From Phoronis australis (lineage: Eukaryota > Animalia > Phoronida), in the NCBI GenBank assembly GCA_002633005.1, contig NMRA01000086.1:186001-250000 (forward strand): a DNA stretch of 64,000 bases, read 5' to 3'. Position numbers and translations under genes: made by a program. The notes under the pieces are model-generated. The model ran no database searches. It was not told the DNA's origin and worked only from the letters and a program-made list of their open reading frames with translations. This document shows, piece after piece, positions 31,841-44,200 of the stretch. Every line of letters starts with the position of its first letter. Position 1 is the stretch's first letter.

Positions 31841-33329
31841 GCCAGAATCCTAAAACTGCAAAAAGTAGACAATTTGAACATTTTTAATCGAGAGGATTAG
31901 TGACTTTAAACTACTAATGCCACATTAACATTTAGTAAAATTCTTCAAGTGTATCTTCAACATACATATTTCCATAAGGATTGCTGCATTTTTATCCCAG
32001 AGCCCACATCAAAAGCCTTACGCTCCAACCCCTCACGGGCCTAAAGCCAATGAATCTATAGTCCAAGTTGGCCAGGCTTGATTTGTGAGAACTTACCTGG
32101 TCATAAACAGTGGTGTGCAACTAAGGCCTAATTTAAAAAAGCTTTAAATCTGAAATTTCAATGACTAATAAACTTCACATATCACAGTCGTGTCGATTTT
32201 TAAAAATCATTGAATTATTTTATTAACTGAAATTAAGGTGGGCATCCCAAAGACTTTCAACTGCTAATTACATTTCCACTTCACTTTAAGTTTAGGATCT
32301 CCACATGGGTAATCAGGTTTCAAAAACTGCCCACTGGGAGAGTGAGCCAGAAAATCTACTCGCCCAGTCCAAAGTTCAGTCTCCTGGCCAACATCAATAA
32401 AAATAATTGTTTTGTGCATTGGTTAGTACCTACTAGGACAATTGCCGCTTTCAGGAAATGTAGAATTCCTACCAAGAAACTTTTGATGTCGATGAATTCC
32501 CAGCAACGTAGCCTTGGCGCAAAGCTATATGCATGCAGTTTCGCACCGATGTGGGTAAAAAATAAATTCTGACACAAAATTATTGTCTGCATTCCATTTT
32601 GCGTGCCAATTTTTTCAGGGTATGAATGTTTTGCACTCTTATGCCCATTGATACTCGTTAAATCTATACTATACAAATAGTCTACTAGTATACTCGGGAA
32701 CCCAATGGTCGTCCGCCTAAGCATAAAACCGACTTGCTGTTGTACTCACCGAATTATTCCACTTCAAAGTTATGATCTGAATAGGATTCGATTTAACTCT
32801 CACAGATATACTGCATTCATCGATTCGGAAGTTTTCTTTAATTTGTGCCGAGTTATTTCAAATGTGCACTGCCTTCGGCAGCCATTTTATTGTGACACCT
32901 AAGGTCGTCATATGCTGCCCCCTTTTGTAAAAACTGAGAAACATGCAGAAAAAGGCCAACGAAGTAATGAAAATTGCAACAGCCTGTTTTTATTGACATA
33001 AACTCGATTTGAAGCTTTGATGTTGAGCTCTGCACTGTGGTTTCCAATAAAAGCCAATTGGACAACATTTCAATGCAGTTTAATGGTGAATGCGTGAGGC
33101 AAAAATGTTAAGAACCCAGCGTATCGCATTTGTCTGCGGATTTTTCCTTTGGCCTTCTAGATCCTACTAGTGCCTGGGACAAACAGATACATTGCATAAA
33201 CAAACCCTGGATCATGTTTTGTGTCCCGTCGGAAGAAAATTTAAATTCGAAAACATCTTCTGAAAACGCACAAAAAAGTGTATTAGTAAAATCTACTGAT
33301 TTTTAAGTGGTTTTAAAAAACAATCGGTA

Positions 33330-33495
33330 AACTCACCGATTTTTGTCTCATTACTTTGATACGTGTCTCTTCCGATAAGTTAGTACCTAACGTGCACACG
33401 AGCACTCCAAATTGGAACGCTAAGTCCCGCGTGGTTGCGCTGCACGCGAAACAAGATGGCGGACGACCTTTGGAGCCTGACGACAATAGGTAACC
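33330..33495. promoter_or_regulatory. Putative bidirectional promoter of the zinc-finger gene and MED24
   Basis: Locally CpG-rich. There is a minus-strand donor (CG|GTGAGT, intron starts 33336) and a plus-strand donor (AG|GTAACC, 33490) about 150 bp apart, facing outward. YY1/TISU-like CAAGATGGCGG at 33452-33462. Confidence 0.6.
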
Positions 33496-34197
33496 GGACT
33501 ATACTATGGTATGCCGGATATTCAGACCAAATAACCCAGAATTACCCGTCATAATGGTTGGGCAGAAGCCAAATTCGTTGTCAGGGTGGTTTGCCCTCAT
33601 GATGCACAAAATTAGTAAAGCAGCAAAGCCATTCCGCAATTATAATTTTGACCCCATAATAATTATTTAGCAGTCGTTTTTGCCGATAGCTAAATTAGCT
33701 TGTCGTGGGGATTGGGGGAAACATTATTGCTTCTGATTACTTTCTTGAACTGTATGTACACCAATAGCAGCACAAGCAATGAAGTCAAATCATCTATTGG
33801 GAGAACAATGAGTTGAGAAGGTGCGTCTAACGAAAACATGCATTAATCTAAAGCATTGTTTTATCACTAGTTGTTACCTGCCAATCCAATTAGAAAATTG
33901 AGACCGGAAGTCAAATAAATAAACGACAGATGTCGCTCATATGTTGCAAATGGTTGAAGATGCCGGTGTGAAAAGTGGAAGATCTGTCAATCTCTAACAA
34001 TATTTTACTGCGTAGGTGTTGATAACTGTTTAATGTAAGTGTAACGTTATCCACAATAGTGCGCACATCTGTAAACTGTGCTGTTTCATTCTCTATAGGT
34101 ACGAAAATCACGACACAAACTCGCCACTAACATCTGGCTCTGCTGCTGACTGTTGACGTTGTGGTCGTTGTGTCAGTCATCCCAGTGTGTGATTCTG

Positions 34198-34300
34198 TGA
34201 ACTAGGAATCCTGTTACTGCTTAATCTCAAGATTGCGTATGCGTGAACTAGGAATCCTGATACTGCTTAATCTCAAGATTGCGTATGCGTGAACTTGGAA
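34198..34300. repeat. About 46-bp tandem duplication
   Basis: GTGAACTAGGAATCCTG.TACTGCTTAATCTCAAGATTGCGTATGC x2 plus a partial third copy. Confidence 0.85.
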
Positions 34301-35280
34301 TTTCAATACAGTATGAAACTTGGCTAGTTCACTCAAATAATCACATTTATTATATTTTTTAAAATTTTTACTGCACTAAAGCATATTGCATGTTAATTAA
34401 TCAATGTATAAATAATTTTACCAACCTCCTCTCTTCAACTTCCATTTTTGATAAAAAAAATTAGAAAATTAATTTTTTACACTTTACCACCTCTTAACTT
34501 ACTGACCTGAATTTTTTTAAAAGTCTACACTCAAAGTCATCTTCATCAATCTTATTCTAACCCTTTTCAATTAAACTGTAATCAGTTGATAAAGCATATG
34601 GTCCATCCAGGAACATATCAGAGAAGGCAGGTGCAGTCAAATTTAAAGATCCATGTTGACCTCTTCAGAGTTCTAGCTTACCTGGAACATGATTACAACT
34701 AGATGTAAACAGGCAATAACCAAAACCCTAATGAATGTCAACGTGAAGCAAAAGACTTTGACACAACATCTGGTACGGTTCTGGCTCTTAAAGTCATCTC
34801 TTTGAAAAGTCGAAATGCATATATTTAAATTTTGTCAGTTCATTGCAACATCTAATTGATTCAGACAATTTGTTTCATAGAGAAACACCTCGATTGTGTA
34901 TGGAGTTTGAGCAGTAAATAGTTGAATGAAATCTAGAGACAGATGAGACATTTTGTCCCCAGAAGTTGTAGGAGGACTGCCGCAATGCGAAGCATTTTAG
35001 AGGACATCTTCCAACATGATAGACATGTTTAAAAACTTCTGTAGCTAGATTCATCATTCAACTAGCCAGTAATGGAACAGAGTTTGCCCTTGATAGCAAA
35101 GGTGAATACGAGGACTGGTAATCACTAAACACAAAACTCAGGGACATGAAACTGAATCTTTTTCACAAGCTTTGAAGAGGGGTTTGACATGTTTTTTCTC
35201 TGCTATGTTTTGAGTCATTTCTTGCCTAATTTCTGGCCATTGCTTTTGCTGGCTGTAGATATTTGGAGACTTGTGCAAGG

Positions 35281-38200
35281 ATGACAGCTGATGGTGGTCT
35301 TTCCAATATCAAGTCACTTGTGATTAGGGCTTGGCGCGAACGATGGACAGACGTGCAGTTTTCAATACATCTGAAGCAGATTGTGCCTGTTGAAAGCCAG
35401 ATCACAGCTCTTCCAGGTATGAAATTCATTTGTCTGCCTGTTGGTTAAATTTTACATCAGCTTGGCTGTTAAACTGACATAAAGGTAAAGTCTGTCAACA
35501 TTCATAGAATTTCTTTTCAAAAATTGAACATTCACATGTTGTTAAGTTACATCTAGATTTTTCATTGCTAATCATAACAATACTTAAGGACAAGTGCATT
35601 ATTTATGTGCCGATTCAGGCCTTTTGATTTTCGTAAATTTGATTTCCCTTTAGTGTGTAGATCAATTTGCATGAAAGTTCAAAATAGACTGTTAAAAAGT
35701 AATTTGGTGAAGTGGGATAGGACTTTCTGAAGGTTGGTATTGTCGCGAAAATTGACATTATCTTTTGATTGCCATGCTTGAGCTACAGGACAAGGCAAAA
35801 GTGATCAGACAAAATAACCTTTTGTCGTGGCTGGTAATAACTATTTTGGGGGCAGAATTGTAATTACAGACTGACTGAGCCACCTTTCCAACTTTTCTGT
35901 TAATTCCCCTTCATTCTGGGTCACAAGAGAAAACCACTCTACGGTGAATTTTGCTTTTGTCCAACCGTAATTATGAGGGAATTCTGGGTCATTTGGTCTG
36001 AATACTTTTGGCGTATACTGTACTGGGACTTGGCACTTTTGGACTGTTTGTGGTTTTGGATACAGTAAAGCAAATAATCGTACATTCTCCTCCTTTGAGT
36101 TCTCAGTTCAGGCTGATGCTGCAGCAGTCAAGCGGTTTTCATGTGCAATGTGTGTAATTATCTTTAAATGTCTCTCCTATTTATGCAAGGTTGTTTTTTG
36201 TAGACATTTTGATACAACAAGCTATGTCTGGTTCAGCCCCCAACAGTTTGATTTTGTCCTACCTGAATCATCTGTCTGCCACTCAGGTAAGAAAGCATAA
36301 AAACATAAAAGCAATAATACTGGCGATGATGACATTTATGACTTCAGGTAGTTCGGTAAACTTTTGTTTTTTGTCTAGCATACCATTGCATGTAAAGAAC
36401 ATTTTGATTATGCTTGCTGTAATAGAAGAGTACTTTGTATCTGGTGGAACATCTTATGAATAAGAAGTCAACTACCATGGCAGATGTTATGATGTGAGTT
36501 CCTCGATGTGTTGAAAACAACATTGTTCTGCTTTTGAATATCATTGTTAAATACCAAATAAATATTTTTAAGTAATCATGAAACAAACTTCATTTATTCT
36601 GTTTAATTTGCTAAAAAAAACAAAATCGAATTACGACGTTTTCTGTTATAAAATCAGTCTCGTGATCATTCTTAGCCTGATAGAATTCCATTTAACTCTA
36701 CTAACTCAAGCATGCATGCACCTTTTTCAAAGTTGCAATTTTTGGGTTGACCAACCCAAGTAACCTCTGAAGTATTTTCCAGAGTCGTAGATGCTTTCTA
36801 TATTCTTGACAATAGCAGAGACAGAATTCTGTCGTGGTAAGGAATATAATGAGACTGAAAGTAATAAATTATTGACTTAATTCAATTTTCATCTTTAATT
36901 TGTCGCCTCCCAAACATGGGGAAATGCAGATTTAAATAAAACTACCAGTGTTCAAATTTGAGCACTTTTTGCACCAGTGACGCAGATGGGAGCAAAGCTT
37001 ATGGTACATGTGTGTCCCTGGGGTGCAAGAAATTGTTGAGAATCTTCACAGTTTACTTTCATTGGTGGTTGCAAACTTTCATTTTTAAGTCCTTTGTGCA
37101 TGATATTGTCCGTTGAATTTGAACTCTGTAAAACAGAGTATTGAGAAATAATTTGTGCCGCATACAGAATTTCATCACGATCTGTTTGTTGTTTTAGGTG
37201 CTTTCCTCTTCCTGTGTGTTGAAGTCTGTGCTCCAATTTGAAGACTTTACCCGGCCGCACTGTATAATCAGCCTTGTTGACTTTGCAAAAGCTTTGATAA
37301 AGCGCATCAGGCAAGATTTGTTAAGATTTGTACACAGCTAAACTTAAGTCAGTTTTGTGTTTACTAAAATGTTTAAAGCCATTGTTAACCATGCTGTGGT
37401 GTTAAAACATCAACATTCTTTGCATGTGTATTTGCTCTTCCTATGCACCATAATGGTGTTCTTATCCTGTTTTTATTGCTACATTTCACTCTGTTTAGCC
37501 ATCTTAACAACGGAAATTGGTGAAGATCTTTTATTTTCATAAAATTAGCCTCATTATATCTTCTTTCCCCGGATAGGATTCCCTTTCCATTTCCAATAAA
37601 GCGCTTCAGAGTTCATTGGGGTTGGCGTACCCTATAATTGCAAATTCCAAAATGGTGCACATGCACATTGCCTGTATGTAACTTGAGTTTTCGAATACCA
37701 ACTTAAGTCGCAAGCAATGCCTTGTGTTCCATGTTTGAATCAGAAAGAATGTTACAAGGCAGATTCTATAAGAGTATAAGACCTAATTTGATTTTTGTCT
37801 TTTACTTTCTTATGCAGGACAAAATGCGGCTTTAACTGAAATTGGTTACAATAAATTGTATTGAATTCCTCTAGTGATTGATATTAACCAGCTGTTTCAA
37901 GTTATTCAATTGAGCCAATCTGAACCAACAAGACCCTCTTTGTCTGCTGATTTTGATGCTTACAATCATTTCTAATCTCATCAAAGAACAAGATGAGACT
38001 GATTTCATTTCAGTAAATTGCCTAAATTATAAGCTGATGTTTGTCAGAAGGCCCAGGTTTGTTGTACATCCACTTCTCCACTCTTTCCAACCCCTGTACA
38101 ACCATGACTGCTGCCTGTCTCATGCCTACATCCTTCAACACATGGTACTTAACTCGTTAAACCTTCCAGTCCCATGTACGACCCTGGCAGTTATACTGTA

Positions 38201-41200
38201 CTGTTTCATATTTGTGTTTTCCTTCCGATCCTGTGTATTTCTCTGACAACTGCCTAATGCCTGTACCCTACTTCACATAGTAGTTCATTGCGCTCATATT
38301 CATATTTGCCTTCTAGGCCTTTGTATGGCCCTTACAACTGTCCGTCTCATACCTGTGCTCTACTACACATGGCAGTTAACTGTACTCATGTTTCTATTTG
38401 CCTTCTAGGCCCATGTATGGCCCCGACAGCTGCCTGTCTCATGCCTGTACCCTACTACACACAGTGTTGTGGCTGCTGCAGACATTACTTAAGAGTCTCC
38501 AGAAGCAGGCCGAGTCCAAGTCTTCGGCGACACCATTTTTGTCTGTTATAGAAAGCGTGCAAGCATGTTTTGAGGTTACCATCGTGACTGGTGTCAATAA
38601 GTCACTGATGTTAGTTGCGAAAAAAGAAAATACTGGTATGTTGTGCAACTGGGCTTGTCAATATATCAAAGATATTTCTGATAGAAGTTAATGAAAAAAT
38701 AAGGAAAACTGAGGCAGTGGAGCAAGTAAAGAAAGTTGTGAACTGTGACATCTTCTTAGTCCAGCTCTTAATTCATGTTGATTTGTGGTACCTTGTGACT
38801 GCTGGATAATTAATTGGAGGTGAATGTAGATTTTTAATGTTCAACATGCTCAAAGCATTTCTGACTTATTTGAAAAAGTTGTGTCAAAGCCTGTTTTCTT
38901 TTTTTGTCCTATGGAGTGAAAGTTAAATTTGTTTTTGTTTTTATATTTCAGTATTTAGAAGTAGATGATTATTTTTAATCTTTTTTAAATACAAGCTTTT
39001 ATTTTGACAGTTTACTATAGAAAACTATGAAAATCAGCAGTTTTTACTGATATCTGATCAAGTGATGATTCAAATATTTCTTAATATGCTAAATGTTTCA
39101 GCCACAATGACTGCAACGTTCTCTTTACTTCAACTTTAGTTTTGTTTTTTCTCAGAACTTTTCAGTAAAGTGGAGCAGGCAGAAACTGATGTGCGAGCAG
39201 TCTGTGGACAGATACAAAATACAGCCATTAGAGACAAAGTCGAGGCTTGTTTGAAGTTATCAGCCATGTAAGTTCGAAATTTGTTGGAACAGTTATGAAT
39301 AAAGTTAAAGTCTCTTACATTGGCAAGATTGTATAAAAGTCAAATTGGAATAGTACAACTGTTAAGTCAGTTGAATCGCTGAACGCCATCTGGTGGGAAC
39401 ATAATCATGTAAAATTACAAACCTCATAATAATGTCAATCTCTTAATTTCCCTTTAGATGTTTATAGTGGTTTTTACAAATGACACTGCATGCCAATGCG
39501 TCTTTGATTTAAGAGCCAATGAAAAATATAATAGCTTTGTCGTCATAGTTTTAGCTCACAGTTACACTTGTAATAGTTAACTCTGTCTCCCTCCTTATTA
39601 CAGGTTACACCAGGAGAGCCAATCAGATCTGAGTATCCTCAACCAGCCACACATTCCCTCTGTGGCTGGACTCATCATAGGGTTTGAGGCTGTTATGAAC
39701 CCTCTGGGTGAAATCAACCCATTTGTGGACCAGCTGCTCTTGCTGGAAAAACTACAAGTAACCTTTGGCGCATTGTGTTCATCGAATCAATTTTGATATG
39801 TTTTCTTTGACCATCGAATCCTTGTAATAAGAGTGGTCAAAAATTAAATAATTATGAATAATTATTCTTAATTAGTTTCAGCTTTGTGTTCTTTTCTTAA
39901 TTCACTCTTTGTTTATTCTTGGGGCAAATTATGAAATATTTTATAATTTATTGTAATATGAAATAATTGTTAATTTATCATCATTGGAATTGTGAATAAT
40001 AATATTTAAACTGCTTTGAAGATTTGAAACTCCCTGTTTTTACTAAAGACAAAATCTTGACTTGAATTTATGGAGTTTATGAATTTCAAATTGCTGTGAA
40101 ATGTTTCTTCCAGCACATCTCGCGTGTTGACCTGTACTGTGACATTGTACGAGTCTGTTGTATTGGTCTGATAGACTGTGCTGACGACCCAGATGAACTA
40201 AAATGGGCGGCGTTCACATTTCTCAAGGTTTGCATACTTTCTCTGATTTGACCATTTACTTCATCAGCCAACCATAGCATGTATTATCTTAGTGCTATCT
40301 GTCCAGAGTTAATTCTCTCTCAACTTCCACAACATGTTTGGCTGTTCTTGGTGAGCCAACTTGTGGTAGAACAGGTCTTGCCACCTGGTGACTGCCTGAC
40401 TTACATGTGAAAAGTCATTATTTCTTCATGTAGTGAGACAACTATTGGTGCTTGTCATCATAGAAGTACAAATCCTGGGAAAGTAAAATCACCATTCCGT
40501 TACCTGACTTACTAGTTCCTAACACTAGTAGGCTCAGTCACCAAGTCCAGCCTTTCACTGGTTATTTGCCATTCTGGCTACAATGCTCCTGGTAATCTGG
40601 ACAGGTCACCCCAGTGTGTTTGACGTCATAAGGAGTGATAGAGGAATCTTCCACTGTTTACAACATTTCGGCGTCTGTATTGTGGTCAGTAATTATTCGA
40701 AATTCTTCTAAATATTTTTCCCAGTACACGTAAACAAAAAGGGTTGATTAACAGAAGTTTCTCAATAGAATAGCAAGATTTTTGCTCAAGTTTTCTTGCT
40801 CAACTTGTCATACGTCCGCGTTTAACAAACTTGGCTAAACGCATTAAATAGAATTTTCCTGTCAGATACTTTATACATGGAAAACCATATGTGGCAGGCC
40901 AAATTGTTGAGTTTCACATTAGCAAGCACAGTACTTGGTTGAATGACCTTGCGTTAGCGATGTTTGAAAGTTTAGTGTAGCACTTTTTTCAGAATCTGAA
41001 TAGTTTATATGTTTAAGTGTGTTGTAAAAGTGAATGCTGTGGATGTCTCTGTCCTAGCTCCCTGCTGTGTTGAAGCACATTTTCCACCTTTCACCTGGTC
41101 ATAATAATGGTGATGAACTGGATCAGGGAATTAACAAGCTCTTGAACTACGCCTCATTGTTGGATCTTACAGAAATGAAGTCTAAGTAAGTGGTGTTGCT

Positions 41201-44200
41201 TTTGCTTGCTGTGTCTTTGAAGTTTGAGCCTATGGGTCACTTTAATTAGCTGTGACAGGTTTTAACCTCGCACCGTTCTCATTCTCTGTGATGTTTTGTA
41301 GTGATGTTTTGTTGTTTTGCTCTACAAACTTAATGACTACCATTTGGCAACCATTGACTGGTTTTCATGAGTAAACGTTAGCTGGCTTTCACAAGACATC
41401 AAATCCAGATTGCATGCCAGTGTCATTGGAAAGTGCATTATGTTAACCAATCAGTTTTACTAGTGCTTGCACCATGTTTCAGCTGTGACATCATACTCCA
41501 GCTGACTGAGCTGTTTGAAAAGATGGGGCTACTCTCAAAAACGCAGTGTGCCAAGTTATCAGAAAGAAGGTAAAGTTCATCTCATTAGCCTTGTACTTGT
41601 ATTTTGTTCAAAATTCCATTTACTTCCAGATTGTGTTGTAGTTTTTCAATTGTATCACTTGTTTATAAGTTGGCAAAGGTATTGCTCATTCTTTTTTCTT
41701 GGCAGAAATCATCTGTGGCAGGGTTCATAGTAACCAAAACATTCTTGTACAAATTTCTCTTACTAATAGATTGAAATCTATCTCCAGAGCATCGGAATCT
41801 CGAAAACCAAAGACAAATGAAACAAGTGGAGGACAACCAAATGCCAGCCTCATTTTGAAAGCAGAGCCCACTGTCAGTAGTCTGCTTAAGGTATGCTGTG
41901 GCTGTTTTCACTTCACGAAGCATGGTTGAATACCTGTAGTCAGCCACAGTTAGTTCAACCATTAACCTTTGAACATAACAATGGTTCATGCATGCTATGG
42001 ATGTGGGTTAGTGTAGTATTAGGATAGTTGCAAGTAAATTGACAATTTTCATTGATAATTATATGATTTCTAAAAGTATACAATAAGTCGTTGTAAATGG
42101 GCAAAATATGATTTTATTAAATAAATGAGATATTGTTTCAACTGATTATTGAATAATGTTTTACTATGAAATATCTAATTTGTTTCTTGAATTGGCGCAC
42201 TCTTTGGCTTTGATCAATCAGGCAGTGGGCACATGCTTGCCTCAGCACAGCCTTCAGTATGCATGTATTTTGTTATTCGGTCTTACTGTGGTCAACTGAA
42301 AATGGCTAGTGTCCCTCAGTTATATGGAATTATCAGGCACCATGTAATACAGTTGTACTGAAAGTAGCACTAAACAAACTAAATCATGCTAGTGTGTTGA
42401 AGTCCTTTTCCTTTACAGAACCAAGATATGGTCAACAGTCACCTAATCTCCAAGACAAATGAATACCTCCATTGCTGCTATTTTTGAACCTCCCTTACTT
42501 GTAAGGAAAACATGTCAGTGATGGTACAACTTTGAGGTTCAGTAATTTTTATACATGTCATCATTTGCCTTCTTGTTTCAGACTCTGGACACAGACTATG
42601 GGAGAAATCAGGATGCATTATTAGGCGTATTAAGTCACATGTTGTCTGGCAAGAGCTTTGAGTTGATACTTGTAGCTGCAGCAACCACTCACAAACTGCA
42701 AAACTTTGCTGTGAAACTTGTCAAGTAAGTGTATTGTGCTCTCACCGTGCAGGGGTGAAACTCAGCAAGCCAGAGCGTGATTTGTAGTGCGACATAGATG
42801 GAGAAACCTCCATTGGCAAAGCTGAAGTTTTTCTCTTGTTACCATTTTTAGCATTGCATTGACTGTACACGGATGAGCAGGTGATGAGCTCAATCTATCC
42901 CATAACCCTCTAATCTGGAAAATTCGCATCATGCAGTGCAAGCCAAACATATTCTGACAAAATAACCAGAATTCCCTGTCATGCCAGCTAGGCTGGAGCC
43001 GAATTCATCATCAGTGTAGTGTTCCCTCATGACTGAGAGTGAATGGGAGTCGAGGAAAGTTAGTAGGGTAGCTTAGCCATTTTGTAATTAGAATTTTGTG
43101 GCCCTAATAGTTATTATTAGAAGTAGAAATCATGACTGAGAGACGGCATTTTGTCTGATTACTTTCATCTTGTTCTATGTGTCGGTTTATTTGTGAAAAA
43201 GCAGTGGTTGGTGACAACACTGAAGTGTAGTCTTTAGTCCGAATGATGCCATTGTGAAAGACTGGTAATTTTTTATGACAGAGTAATGGTTGCTTTATTG
43301 TGATTTGTTTTAAGGTGTTTACAGGAAGAGTTCTCAACCACAGTACTACCGTTTATTTAGGCCTATGTGAACTGATGCATTTTGTCAAAGTGTTTTGCAA
43401 TAGACGCATGCATCTTAGTTTTATCGAAAGGTACAGCTGGCTATCCCTTTCATACGCACATGTCTTAAAGCAGTACGGTGTTATCTGGTGTGCTCATAAT
43501 CACCTTCTTCATCATCACAATCATCATCGTCGTTAATTTCACCTAGTGTTCTTCAAGATTGTAGGTAGCACTGAACTGTCAGGTCGCGGCCACGGGGCAT
43601 TTTCTAGTGCCTGCAATTCATATACAGGGTATATGTCAGGTTTAGCTCGTTGTTCGAGGAATCTGTTGTAAACAGATGCCAGAAAACTAATTTATTTGTA
43701 TTTTTGAATGAGAAAAGCCATATTTTTACCTACTTTTGATGCAAACCGGTGGCTGTCATTTGCTATCAACCTCTGTCGTCTGCCGTCCAAGAAAGCGGGT
43801 GCGTGAACAAGACTGCAGCTTATTTCTTACTGCTTTCTTCGCTACTCACATGAATGTTATCGTGTTGTTCATAATCGCTGCTGTCATCATCATAATCGTC
43901 GTCGTCGCTGTTCTCCCCATCGTCGTCTTTTTGATTAATTTCGCCAAGTGTCGCTCCTCCGAGCACTCGTTATCACTTTTCGTTTCCTAGTTAATGCTGA
44001 GTTGAATACATTTCAACATCTACCATTTTAAATATAAAAGTTGAGTTTTACTCTCATATTTTAAAATTTTATTCCTCGATTCTGCTCATACAGTATATCA
44101 TATAGATGCATGTGCCAATATATGTCAGCACAACTTCACGTGGGCCTAAATACAGTAGTTTTCAAAATATTAAATTGAATTAAACAAACTTTGCCAAAAT

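Noticed and set aside
36783-36836. Possible extra MED24 exon (AG...GTAAG)
   Set aside because: The flanking exons already join in frame and are collinear with MED24, and this segment shows no similarity.
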